DNA of 47,730 nt, filler included, from Sphacelaria rigidula (taxonomy: Eukaryota): assembly GCA_964200075.2 (NCBI GenBank). It is 2 parts of 2 records of this genome, joined end to end, with 100 filler letters (N's around TTAATTAATTAA, not from the genome) between each part and the next. Parts side by side here need not be neighbours in the genome. Positions count along the whole stretch, not along the records: positions 1 to 23,820 come from CAXNAA020000245.1; 1 more part is not named here. One strand, given 5' to 3'. The notes below the pieces were generated by a model. The model saw only the letters and a program-made list of their open reading frames with translations. It was not told where the DNA came from and made no database searches. Positions 12,001 to 23,920 of the stretch are shown in pieces; position 1 is the first letter of the stretch, and each line of letters starts with the position of its first letter. The translations under genes were made by a program, and so were the position numbers.

Positions 12001-15000
12001 TCTTTATAACTTGCGAAAAAAAAAAACTTTTTTGATGTGGCGCACGTTGCCTTACCGTCTTTGCGCTTGGGTCGCCCAGGTAGTCCTTAGCGATAGGCAG
12101 CTTGCCCTGTGCGTGCCTGCCCACTCCACCCGTGAACATGGTGAATGGCACTGCCCGCTTGTAGTCGAGCACGTCCTGAGAAAAAATCCATCAAGTGGAC
12201 GATAAGGCGAGATGCAACACGGGAAAGGGGGTGGGGGATTTCGAGGTGGGGGATTTTGAGGGAATACTGCGCCCTCATTCAAGCGGCGAGTACAGGAGCA
12301 GAAGAAACATGAGAAAAGGAGGAACCCCGTTGTCTTCCTTACCGCACTCTCGAGTCGAAAACGCTTGGGAAACGACATCCCAATACACCCAATTGCGGGT
12401 GGCCCACGAGGGTGGATAGGAAGTGAAAAAATAGGGATGGCAAAGACAAGACGAAATTTGCCCCGGTGCTGGCGTTCATGACTTGACAACTACAGTAAAC
12501 TTGGACCCGACGGTGCCGCTCGGTGCACACGAGTACTGCGTATGACCGTGGCTCACGTTAACTATACTTGCATAATGTCACTTCGGTGATTGTACAGGCT
12601 GATTCAGGGTGAGTGACTGAAAATTACTCACCAGCGCGTGTTCACGCCGTTTTCCAAGCCAGACCCTGAATTTTCGCACAGGTGCTCCGAATTTTTCAGA
12701 GGACTTTGGAAATACCACCTTCTGTAAGCCCGAATATCTCGTGATAAAGGCGAAAATCGAAAGATGTGATTGATACAATAAAAAATCCCTGGGCATCCAT
12801 GTGTAATATTCGTGGGCCAACTCAGAAAAGCGGCGTAAAATATCTCCTGTGTGTGCGTTGAAGTATTCATGTCCCGCCATTTGCTTGCTCGTGGCGGTCA
12901 TTATGATACCAGATTTGTTTCATGGAGGGAGTCTCGCATCTTGTGTGACGTCAAGAATAGTTTTCGAGCAGTAAACCCAAACTCGCCTGTAAAATACTCA
13001 GCAAGACCTCGAAGTGAAAGTTGGTCAATCTCGAAAATATTCACATGCAAGTCCTGGACGGCCGTGCTTCAAGTTGGTATTGGGAGAAAAAAACTGCTCC
13101 GAAAACCCCCGTGGATGCCTCCGTTTGCATGAGAAAAGCTCCACCTAAACCTCTCGATCTACTTCAACCGGAAACATGAAGTCCCCAACCCTCGAACATA
13201 GGGCCGAGCCCAGAAGATGCTCTTCAGCAATGTTTTTTGATGCGTTGATCCGTGACCTGAGGAATATTTTTAGCACGGCTGGCTGGGTCCACTACTGCTT
13301 CCGTGCATGATTGATATCGTACCCTCTTATTGTCATCGTTCAGCAGGTGTTGAATTGAAAACACAGTCGCAACGATGGTATCAGCGTTTCAACACGCGCC
13401 ACGCCCGCAGCGCCTTCCCCAACTATACCCGCGACTGTGACATTCATCCGTGGTGATGACCTACATATCCTCCCAAATTTTAGCACCATCACGCCCAAGG
13501 ATCACCCCGCCTCGACGCCCCCAAAAATGCCGCCTCCATATCATGGAAGCGGATTGACACTCCCTCAGTCGTGACATCCGACGAAGGTCAGAAGCACAAT
13601 ATTCAAACTGTTTCATTTTGTGACCGCCCGGGTCGCCGTCTGGATCCCCTTTCATTCAATCGAAAATGATGCCTATTCAAAGAACGACTTTCCACGACGA
13701 TGGATGAAATTCAAGTAGAGGTCAGTCAGAACACGAGGCAACACAAGGTGGCTGAAATACGATTAACTAAGCGGCGCCATCGAGTGTCCAGAGAAGAACT
13801 CTGGGGAGGGAAGCACCCCGATGGAGAGTTCAAACTTCACCGCTCAAGAGAGTGAGGTGACCTCACAACTCAAGATCCACGCTCATGGGATTATGATGGC
13901 CGAAATCCTCTGAAATCTGAGTACACACCTGAAGATACTGCTTGGACTTCGAGAGCTTCATCCCCTGAATGAGGTGCGCCACTTCACGCATGTGCTTGTA
14001 GTGCACGCGGAGATTGGACCCGCGGGCCTTTGCAGCTGCACGAAACAAAGGACACGGCATGGAGAAATAGACATCAGGTTCCGAACAAGCAACGACGCCG
14101 AGATTCGAGAATGCAGAGCGAGTGGGTTCCTCCAAATCAATCGCCATCGAGGCTGACGGTTACAGATTGAGAGCGCTCCCGGAATGCAACATATTCACCC
14201 GTATGCCATGTGCAATCAGCAAACGAAAGCTTGCCGCCTAATTTCGATGTGCGGCCTCGTCTAATATCCATGGGGGTACACGGGGTGTACAGGAAATCAT
14301 GTGTGATTGATGACGCATATGATGGCAAGTCTCGCTCGTCTGTCTTGAGGTATAACCAGGTTTACGTAATGAAAGCCACGCCCGAGCCCACGAGTTTGTC
14401 CTGGTATATGTGATCATCAACTGCGATGGTGCCGCGCACTTACGACTCTAGTTCTTATCGATGTGAGCTTCCGGACAAAGCAGTCAAGTACGCGCTCGTG
14501 ATTGGGGCCATGTGACATCCCACAGGCGAGTTATGACTACGGTAATCATCCTGTGATGACAAGGATGAGATCNNNNNNNNNNGAAAAGCGCCGCACGCAG
14601 CAAGAGAACGCGCAGGAAGAAGTTCCGGAATACCACATAGCGCCCCACCCACGCAGAGCCAAAAGCACGGTCCAAGACGATACTCACTTCATGCGGCTTG
14701 ACTGGGCAGTTTCTTTTGTGTTGCAAAACTGTTTGCAATACCGAGTACTGTACTGTTGTCGGATCAATCTTCGTGCCTGCAAGTTCAGTACAACAGTACT
14801 GTATTGAGGATCACGTTGCCTGCCTCGTCCAGGCGCTACCCATCTCAGTTAAACCCTACTATAAATTACGGCCATGGGTCTGTTCATCTGGTGAGGGTGG
14901 CTATTCGTGACCCAGGCCGCGTTGCCATTGCGCCAGCTGCGCTCCGTCTATGCCGCCCTCGAAAATCCATCACTACCGTCAGTGAGAAAGACTATTGGCT

Positions 15001-15758
15001 TTACGAAGAAATACAGACTTCATGGTCAGAAATAGGTTAATCAGCGACCTACATTTTGTGCTCTCCATCTCCTTGCTGCTCCCAGATCAACGCGGACAGT
15101 CCGGGTGTCAAGCCGTCATTGGGGGGGTATTCGGCGCGAGTGTTTGGGTGCAACACAGTAGAGTGACGGAGAGCATGGACACGAACCATCAATCACAACA
15201 CGCGGTGCACAGAGCAGAGGAAAGCAAGCGGATCGAGACTTGAATACCGAGCCTGTCATAGTTGACAAAGCCCACTACAGTGCAGGGTGGGGGCAGTCAA
15301 AGAGCCATGGCAGCGATGGGCCTATTGCAAGTGTAGTGGTGGTGGGTCGTGCATGGTGGCCGCAGCCTCGATTGTCATCGCATCTGATGATACATTCAAC
15401 GACAAGGGCATCAACAGCCCAAAAAAACTGGCAGGAAACTCGACACAGCCATGAGGTGGGACGATCAATGTGTACTGGTTCTTTCTTCAGGCAACCTCGT
15501 TGCATAACATGGGGCTGCTCGCCTAGGCTGGGCCAATACCCAGTTCACGATGACAGGGCCCCGCTACGTTCCCTACCCCATCCTTGCACACTTGAACGAA
15601 GTCAAAATATGTGTGGGAGGCGCTGTGCCGGGCTCTGGTACAGGCTTGCATGGCCAGCAAAAGCAAATAGAAACGGAAGTAAGCAATGACTTCAAGCTTT
15701 GATTAGTGTGCAATGCCAAGAGTTGTTGGGGGCGCTCATCATACCTGTATTGAACCAT
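6037..15758 (-). CDS. RPL17: 60S ribosomal protein L17 (uL22), 8 coding exons, 209 aa
   Basis: Exons read manually, all GT-AG and phase-compatible: 15745-15758 (MVQYS), 15053-15075 (KEMESTKS), 13929-14035 ([35 protein letters not shown]), 12056-12175 ([25 protein letters not shown]...), 10085-10201 (...[27 protein letters not shown]), 9630-9732 ([34 protein letters not shown]), 7382-7437 ([19 protein letters not shown]), 6037-6126 ([29 protein letters not shown]). Total 630 nt. [18 protein letters not shown] is the eukaryotic uL22 signature. Confidence 0.97.
6460..7064. mobile_element. Degenerate non-autonomous DNA-transposon relic related to the 45179 MITE
   Basis: Shares the terminal TA|CAGG.TGGGCCGC.CAAGA and an internal AAATTTYGACA...TGT.CAG.AC..ATGTGCG block (6781-6813) with the 45179 element. 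Right boundary weak. Confidence 0.4.
7718..8232. repeat. Three copies of a 60-90 bp unit in +/-/+ orientation
   Basis: 7718-7804 (+), 7949-8008 (-), 8144-8232 (+). Unit is GAG..TAGGTCA.....GGCATCAATT...CTYGAAAAAAGTATG.G.TC.AG. Confidence 0.8.
10808..11002. repeat. Degenerate inverted repeat (~70-bp arms), MITE relic
   Basis: AGAATTTCGGGAAACGC...GCAAATATCTCGGGATCTGG pairs with CCTGACCTCGAGATATTTGC...GCGTTCACCAAAATTCT. Confidence 0.6.
12595..12989. mobile_element. Possible degenerate TA-flanked MITE
   Basis: TA|CAGGCTGATTCAGGGTGAGTGACTGAAAATTA versus reverse complement of the right end TA|CAGGCGAGTTTGGGTTTACTGCTCGAAAACTA. Confidence 0.35.
14573..14582. other. Assembly gap (10 N) in RPL17 intron 2
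   Basis: Run of 10 N. Confidence 0.95.
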
Positions 15759-16634
15759 GATGCCCGCTGGTGCCCAGAGCTGCTCTGCTACCCAAGACGG
15801 CTGGCAGTGCGTCTAAGAGGCGGTGGCCACCAAAGGCTGTCAACTAGGACGGCCTTAATTTGGTGTTTGTTGGTTTAAGGCAAGAATAATGTCATTATTT
15901 GATTGGTTGGAGATGCTCGATAATGTTCCGATTATCCGATATAATTCGTTCAATTATTGGATTAATTGGGGGTAAGCGCATTGCAGATTTGGGACAATAT
16001 GGTCCCAAAATATATTCTGCTGTACTGTACCCTCAAAAGTCAGACGAGCAGTACAGACAACAGTACGACAAGAACAGTGCGAGGAACCAGCATCACCTCT
16101 GCTGACTGTACTGCAGTGCCAAGTACCCACCGCACGGGCAGCTCCCAGGTGATTTACGAGATACCAACACCTAAAATGTAGATTTATGACAGTCTCTCTC
16201 CACGCATTTACCTATGTACAATCATCGTGCTGACTTGTCCGTCTGTTCATTGAACAACTTTCTCTCGCTTGCCCTCTCCCCCTCGCCCTGGTGCATTTTC
16301 CTTTTTTCGCTTATCCGTCCACGCAACAATCCGTCCACTCAACAACTGGAACCGGACTATACTGTTGTTGTATACTTCTGTAGTCCTCCAGGCCGCCAAA
16401 CAAAGTAACACGTATTCATAGTGCGGATGATACAGTGATAAGGGCTTGCCAGCACCTTTCAAAGGTGTCACGCGTCCTCACCCCTCCCTCCCCCGGCTTA
16501 TCTGTCACATGCACTTGTGTTTCTGAGCCCGCTGTTTCTTAATAACTACCAACACCCAACGCGTAGCAGGTGCAAACTATCTGCAGCACCAGTAGCAGCA
16601 ACAGCACCAGTAGCGGAGGAAATCAATTCAAATC
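15759..16634. promoter_or_regulatory. Divergent intergenic/5'UTR region, RPL17 and zinc-finger gene
   Basis: 876 bp between opposed ATGs. Confidence 0.55.
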
Positions 16635-16757
16635 ATGGGAGGTGGCAACGCACAGAAGTCAGCTACAGCACGTGCTCGAAATGAGGCAAAGAAGGCGAAG
16701 GCGGGAAAAGGGTCGCAGCGCGCTGTCAACCAGGCCGCGTGTAATATCATATGCCAG
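16635..16757 (+). CDS. First coding exon of a small ZNF706/At2g23090-like (4F5/SERF-like N-terminus plus C2H2 zinc finger) protein; downstream exons unresolved
   Basis: ATG at 16635 gives MGGGNAQKSATARARNEAKKAKAGKGSQRAVNQAACNIICQ, followed by donor CAG|GTCAGA. It matches the family pattern MGGGNAQKS..AR..N..K...GKGSQL..N..A..I.C. Not in the ORF track because it is under 60 aa. Confidence 0.85.
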
Positions 16758-19700
16758 GTCAGACTTATATTGATTTGTGGAGGTGTTTCGTGGTTGTAGA
16801 GCTAGCTGTTGTTGGCATTCGCTCTAAACTTTGAAGGCATTCTAGTGTAGCGTGTAGCGTTCCCACCTGTCGTGTTTCGTACTCCCGTGGAGTTTGGGAA
16901 TTACTCCGCTCTCAAACCACGCCAGTTCGCTGTTTTCTTCACGTCAGTGCCGCTCCTCGACAATATGTGCCTGCGTGTTCGTGTGCCTGTGTCTCTGTGT
17001 CTATGACTGATTTATTTGAAAGCAGTCATTGTGTCCGAGATGTTGGCAGAGTCGTAGTTTTGGATCTGGTTCTCTGTCTCCTTGGTTATTTTGTGTCACC
17101 GTGTGTTGCTCCTGTGCCTGCTGGCGGCAGAAATGAACCACATACTCCGCAGCGCTTCGTTTCGTCAACGTAGCCGGCGGAGCCGTTCCTATCGAGGAGT
17201 CAAAGTCGTGGTTCGTAACACTAGTGTGTTCTGCTGTTTTGTAACACGCACGGTAGCAACTTGGACGTGGTTCTTACGTCGAAACGCAGTGCCCTGTGTA
17301 CTACGTGTTACCATCTTGGGATCACGATGTCAACACTTTGCGGCTCGTTCACGCCAGGGTACGATACTGGTTTTACCACTGGAGCTCGTACCCACGTACC
17401 GGTTGACAAATGCCCCACGTCATGGTATGAAAAATTCAACCTGCTGCAGGTGCGGAGCGTCGGTTTTTTCAACGTTCATCGTGCTCCCTTGTCCGCATCA
17501 TTCTTGATGAGGTTTCGTCACCAAGCGCCGCAGTGGTGCGCTGTCTGTGCGCGTGGTGGAACAATCAAACTATACACTAGACACGTGACGCAAGAGGTGT
17601 CACGTTCAACCAAACCGTCAAAAATCGATGGAGAAATACATGCTGTGCTGGCAAACCATCAAATCTATCTTGGTGGATGCATCTTGGTGGCCGTGTGCGT
17701 GATGGATATATTCTCTGATGAAGGTGCTAGCGGTGTAAAGAGTACTACAGCCCAAGCACCTCGAGTTGTGTTGTCTCCACGACCAGCCCTCGTATTTCAC
17801 AACGCTCAACTGTGGATGGTGAAGAGGTGGGAACGAGAATGTATCCTGGCATTTAGTCACCGACTGCACACAAAAGACAAAAAAAATTGACCCGTACTTT
17901 TCGCGTACCACAAGGAGCATGTCGATGCTCACCCTACAAGTATGAGTACAACTGCCGTCGGAAACACTGCTGTACTTCTTTACGGTCTATTTCCTATAAG
18001 GGACTACTGGCTGCGTTCGTCGGGCTGCTCGTTTCCTCATGTTGGGCCAAGCTCACGATAATCTTGCACAAAGAAGGGGCTAGCCAAGAAAGGATATGGA
18101 TAACCCGACAAGAAGCAAGCTCTTGCAAGTCTGTCCAGTCTCGACTGCGGCGGTCTGCCCGAAGTGCGCACGGTACAATAGAAACGAAAATCGTTCAATC
18201 AGGTCGTTGTAGAGGTAGCTTTGAAGTGTCTAGGCTTCCGTCGGCATGCCCCTGTACGCTAGGCGCCCTGTTTTGCGGGCTAATGCCATTTGCGCTTGCC
18301 CTCTCATAACGCACACTCCGAAGGTTGGGTTTTGCTCCATGAACACCAGGGTAAGCGGGATATTCGCTATATCCAGCTGTGAAGCCAGCATTTTATGAGA
18401 TTCTCTTCGGTTCTTCTTTGAAGCGAGTAGTGCTTCAAGTACGAACCCACGAACACTCGTCGTCAAAGCTGGTAGCTGAGAGCACAGCAGGCGATCATAT
18501 GCTTTCAAGTTTTACGTTTATTTGGAAGATCAGCTAAAGAACCAGCTACTGATACTGTATTTCTGTACTGATGTAGAGAGGGTGTGTAGTTCACTTCAAT
18601 CAGAAAATAGCATACCTGGAAATCTCGCGCATGGCCACGGCGAATCCATTTAGTCCCCCCCCCCTCCCCCTTCCGTAATTTATCATTTGCCCATTTTACT
18701 TTTTACTCTTCTGGGCACAAGTTGAAGTTCTCAAAACTTTCCGCTGAAGCTTAAAGACTTGTACACGACACCAATCGTGCGCATCATTCATTCTCCGTAC
18801 ATTTAGAATGCTCGACGAGCAACGGTCTTTATCCTCCATGAACACGCCCCGCCCTGTACAAGGCACGCCATGCCCATACGCGTACTGCGGCACTGAAATC
18901 CGTCTCTACTTCGCGGGCCAAAGAGTGACTGCTGACGGCCGAAGTGCCATGAAAAGTTGTTTGAGGTTTTGCCGCCCTAGTGCTGCCGCCGCGCAAAGAG
19001 CGTTTTCCCGGCATAAACTGCGCTGTCTGTGCCAATCGTAGCATGGACTATGTTCGCTGGGTGTCAACGGCGAACCAACAACGGAAGGCGCACGTTTCTG
19101 CGGGGCATGAAACTACCAAGTGCAAAGTTGAGGGACGTGCTGCGAGGAAAGAGCGGTCCCCAACGCCCTCGCGGGGAAGGGGGCGGGCGCGAGGCGGGGC
19201 GGGGGAAAATCTTGTTGCATTTACGGGCGTTGAGGTATGCGCACACTGCCGGAGGGGCTATCTGCATGTACGTGCAGCATGATTATCGTACTTGCGGAGT
19301 CTCGTGCGCGCCCCCTGAACATTACCCAATTAGCTGTCTCCGCCAGCCATCTATTTGTGAATGATTATCGTACCCGCGACGTCTCGCCCCGGGCCTGCGC
19401 AATGGGTCCTTTTCTGTGTAAAACTCGCCTGGCGTCACTTCTCAAAACGTTCAGGTTAGCGTACGTCACCACCGGGGGGAGGATGTGGATGGTGGGTGGG
19501 GAGGGGGGGATACTTGAATGACCCGAGTCGGCCGTCTTACGGCGTTTAGTCTTACTCGTCCCGCTATTGCCTCCACTGATCGTGGGGTATATGTGTGGAA
19601 GCCAGCCAATTTTTGTCATGTCTACGATTTACGTTCTGAATGGACGAACTTCGAAGATTTCATCTGATATACCTGGAACCAAGCAGAACACGTCGAAAAC

Positions 19701-20754
19701 CCCGTAGACATACGAATTTAAAATCCAGGACGTATATAAGCCGTCTCGACTGTAGCGTTTCTAGCCCAAAAATCTGTTGCGTCTTGATTCTTCCACGACA
19801 CCCGTTGATGTACTGCTCTCCGTCGCCAGCGGCGCTTGAATAGCAGTATGGCCCACTCATTGGTTCCTCTTTTGCGAGCGTTCATTCATGACACGTATTT
19901 TCGTCCGTTTTCCTATGCACGAGAAGGGTATTGAGAAATGGTTCAACTACACAGGAGGTTGAGACCTTATTATATGTGGAAAAGCACGTGGGTCAGACTG
20001 TTTTTGCTTCATGAAACAGGCTGGGTTTCCCGGTGGCAGCTTTTCTCGATACACGAGTGGGGCGACTCACTGGCTGATACTATGTGGCTTGCTAGTCACG
20101 CTGCTGATACTCTACTAGAATCTGTTACCTGGCTCCTTGAAGGAATACGTCAGGTGTTGTGTGCGGTTAACGATCCCGTTCTCTGCCTGTCGTGCGATAT
20201 CATGGTGAGAAGCAGTGCTAACCACTGGCGGTTGTGTCACTATGCTGTACTAAGACCATGCCACACTGTGCACTAACTGGGTGCGTGTATTGACCGTGTA
20301 CCCTGATACCAAGAGGGGCACCATGCGACGGGCGTAGCACTCTGACGGCTGGGTGCAGGGTAAACACTACAGTTATGAACAGAATTGTAGTGCAGTTATA
20401 AACAGAAGTGTGGCTTATTTGAGGGAGTCGATTACTAACTTACTCTCAACCTTCCGCCCACGCAGCGATCCATTTTTGAGTTCACGTACCCTGAGTATGC
20501 CGAAGCACTACCTTGTGGTATGAGTACTTTTACAACTCTCCCGAAGTGAAATATATTATACATCCAGAATTTCTTGGTAGAGGGGTTTTCTTCTGGTATG
20601 CGTGCAGTCTACATGACTCCGGACCCAGCATTGACTGCAACATAGTGCTACGTGTTGAGACTGCTCAAGCCGTGTAGTCTTCAAGTGCAGCTTCTGTTTT
20701 TTTTGTTCAATATTCACAAGATCCTCGACGTTGTTCTTTAAGTTGAACTACTTT

Positions 20755-21019
20755 TTTTTCTCATGTCCAGCAGTGGAGAGCGACTTTGTCGTGGGTACAC
20801 AGTACTCGACTTCAAGGTCAACGAGGCAAAGGGACTGCTGAACCCCTCTCGCGATAAAAATGAAATGCAAGCACCGCAGAAGGAAGGTGGAGTATCAAAA
20901 CAAAACAACAGAAGAAAAAACTCCTGTGCTGACCTTCCTCCTGTGTAACCCCGACTGGTGCGCGCACATATACCGAAAGGTGTAGCCCGGCGTCCAAAAT
21001 AGATGGGACGACAACACAC
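20755..21019 (+). mobile_element. tRNA-derived SINE, 5'-truncated copy
   Basis: Reverse complement of the body and tail of 35380-35738 (GGGACTGCTGAACCCCTCTCGCGATAAAAA...AGATGGGACGACAACACAC); tRNA head missing. Confidence 0.8.
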
Positions 21020-22346
21020 TCAGTATTTATTATCCTCTACCAGCAATTAGCAGTACGAGTAGTTTTGTGCGTGTGACCGCCAGGGTGGGTCATATAGACT
21101 TTTCCGTCAATTACTCGAATGAGAATATTGCCGACTCAAGATATGACCGATCCTGGCTGTCGAAGGGTCAACCCTTCGGCCGTGTCCTCATCTCTAATAT
21201 GCTGGGGAAAAAGAAAATGCAAAAAAAAAAGCGTAATCTTTTTGGTTTCTCGCCTCAATATCCCCTCCTTCCGCCCCCGCCCACCCCCAGCCCTGAAAAA
21301 AAAAAACGGCGCTCTTTCTTGTCATGAACGATTTCGGAACTTTTGGTACTATTCGCCAAGATTTTTTTTAGTTGTTGGCCATCGAGAGGAACGTGAACCA
21401 GCAGCGCAATGACCCCGGCTGTGGTACACACCCTGCCACATAGCCCGGACCTGAGGCACAAGCACACATCAAATTCTGATCCCGCTGTCCCAGGGGAGAA
21501 GATGAACAGCTTGAGCCGCAGTCATTGATGAAGTGACGACGTTTTCGACCCCTGGGCAAACCGGTTTACAATAAATGAGACGATGGTTTCTGTCAGGCGG
21601 GCGTCTTGTAACGGTCAAGGACGAGTGGGCCCCATCGTCAGCAACTTTTGCGGCACATATACAAGGCCGGCCCCGTTCGAATACCGAATGGACTGTCGTG
21701 AAGCAAGCAGCACCACTTGTAGATGAGCAAGAGCGTAGCGCTAGGCGTGATGTGTCCGTCCCATCGGTATCTTTGCCTGTTCGTTTGGGCCAGGTTGTGT
21801 AGGTGTAACGTATTTTAGTTCAGTGACGCGTTACGATCACGCCCGTAGAGATTTTCGTATCTGTTGCCGACTGCGAAAGAACGAAATGAACCGTGACCGA
21901 TCTCAAGCCGCATCAGCTGCATACGTGCATGTCGTCGTTGAGCTGAGCCATTTCCGTCGGTGGCGGGCACTCCGGCCGCGATATACGTGAACAACATGCT
22001 CTGCCTACGCCTTACGCTTCCGCAGTGTTGATGCTATCGGGGCGGCCAGTGCTCGCACACATACATAATGTTTTTGAGCGCCGCGGGTCTGTCACATGGT
22101 CTCCACTACTATGCCCCAACTGTACTGTTGCACTGCTGTTTGAACTGCTGCGCCGTACACGCACGATTCATTTTCCAGCATCAGCCAAATACAACGGCAC
22201 AGAACAAACAATCAAGCGTGTCACCGTCCTTCACTCGACATGTTGTTTTGTACCCTGTTTCTAAATCTCGTCACTCTCACGAGAGCGCTATACCGTACAA
22301 CAATGGACCTGTGCGTAGCTATCATGACAGCACAAGGGTGTGCAGA

Positions 22347-22552
22347 CAGCTTTTTCTCTCGTGCCTCGGTGGCTTTACTGCAAAAATAGTCAAATACCGA
22401 GTATCATTTGACCGCGAAGTGGATGGGTGAGGGTCATGTAGGGGGCCATTTGCAGCTTTTCTCGTGCCTTGGTGCTTGTACTGCAAAAGTAGTCAAATAC
22501 CACGTAGTATCAAGTGTTCTTCCAGCGCGAAGTGAAGAGATGTGGATGGGTG
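22347..22552. repeat. Diverged tandem duplication (~105-120 bp period)
   Basis: CAGCTTTT..CTCGTGCCTYGGTG...TACTGCAAAARTAGTCAAATACC...CGCGAAGTG...GATGGGTG occurs twice. Confidence 0.75.
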
Positions 22553-22831
22553 TAGGCAACCAGAGCTACCAGAACGTTCCCTCCACCTCCGCACCCCTTG
22601 CTTTCGCCAGGGCTGGAAGCTTGCTGGAAACACGCATGTTTGGTCTGGGGAGCTTTTCCCGAAACTTCGATCGTTCACTCGTCTCATGGATGTAAAAAAC
22701 AGAGGTGTCTCAAACTCGTGGTTCCCGATATCTCGCAGTCTTTCATCGCCAGCATAGGTCATCTATCGAATCGGCACCCAAATGACCTACCCCCTGGATT
22801 ACGTCCAGATGCAAACAAAAAAAACGACAAA

Positions 22832-23037
22832 ACGGTCGACGAGGAAAAGGGACTGCTGAACTCCTCTCGCGATAAAGAAATAAGGCAAACACCGCACAAG
22901 GGGGGTGAAGTACGGAATCGAAATGAAGAAAAAAAAACTCCTGTGATCACTGACACCTTCCTCTTGAGTGACCCCGGCTGATGCGCTCATATATACTGAA
23001 AAGTGTAGACTGGCGTTGAGATGACTAAACAACACAC
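22832..23037 (+). mobile_element. tRNA-derived SINE, more deeply 5'-truncated copy
   Basis: ACGGTCGACGAGGAAAAGGGACTGCTGAACTCCTCTCGCGATAAAG...ACAACACAC matches the 3' ~200 nt of the family. Confidence 0.75.
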
Positions 23038-23320
23038 TTGCAAGCCCAGACATTTCATGCATGTTTGAACATGCGTGGGTTTGTTGTGTTCGTCTTATGG
23101 ATGGGGGTTTGTGCACTGGTGCTCCGTGCACAGGACGGGAGGAGCGAGGTGGGACGTACTTTCATCCCGCATTGCGACCCGCTCATGAACAATGTTCTTG
23201 TAAAATGATGCTGCTGCATCTATCAGGCCCCGACTAGTCCGTGCCGCCCTCTTCGGTAGACAAGACTCAAATCAGTATCACCTCCCTGTCGGTGCGTGTA
23301 GCATCTATGCTTACAAGAGG

Positions 23321-23398
23321 TATCTCAAAACTCGGGGTTTTCGGTCTATTTGACTGCAATTTACGGGGAAATACACCGGGAACCTTAGGTTTGAGATA
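23321..23398. repeat. Short imperfect hairpin (~30-bp arms)
   Basis: TATCTCAAAACTCGGGGTTTTCGGTCTATTT pairs with AAATACACCGGGAACCTTAGGTTTGAGATA. A related half site lies near 22708. Confidence 0.55.
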
Positions 23399-23820
23399 CA
23401 TATACTACTCTTGATACTGTTGTTTTCATTTTTACGAGATGGCTGAGTTTCTCCGAGATTGATGTCCTCATCCTGCGGTCATCCTTTTATGCTTCTTGAC
23501 TAAAGATTCACCGGTATATTGTGTGACATTTCCCACATGTCGCTCAACAGAGGACTACCATCTTTCATGGTCCGATGACACCGGTCATGAGCCATCGGGT
23601 GGGCGGGTTGGAAGTAGGGGGAAAACGCGGGTCATTACAATGAGTAGTAGTGATTTTGTCCAGACTGGCTGTTTTTGTCCCGGAAATTTTACAGGGGTGG
23701 TGCGCACAACTGTTTGTGCTTGACTCCCCCCCCCCCCCCCCCCCCACCCCCACACACCCCCCCACCCCCCCCCCCCCCCCCCCTCCTCACATCCCCTTCC
23801 TTACTTCTCTCCTCCTCTCC

Positions 23821-23920
23821 NNNNNNNNNNNNNNNNNNNNNNNNNNNNNNNNNNNNNNNNNNNNTTAATTAATTAANNNNNNNNNNNNNNNNNNNNNNNN
23901 NNNNNNNNNNNNNNNNNNNN
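23821..23920. other. Assembly gap containing an artificial six-frame-stop linker
   Basis: N44-TTAATTAATTAA-N44, exactly 100 nt, flanked by C tracts and a G tract. Confidence 0.95.

Noticed and set aside
6127..15744. Intronic snoRNAs in RPL17 (vertebrate RPL17 hosts U58)
   Set aside because: I found no minus-strand C box/D box pair with a terminal stem and a recognisable rRNA guide. Weak candidates near 13381-13449 and 14295-14420 are unconvincing; an Infernal/snoscan search would be needed.
22338..22430. VCRQLF... as exon 2 of the zinc-finger gene
   Set aside because: No AG immediately before GTG, no His pair downstream, and it lies in a tandem duplication.
23865..23876. TTAATTAATTAA palindrome as a biological motif
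   Set aside because: Centred in a 100-nt N gap; assembly linker.
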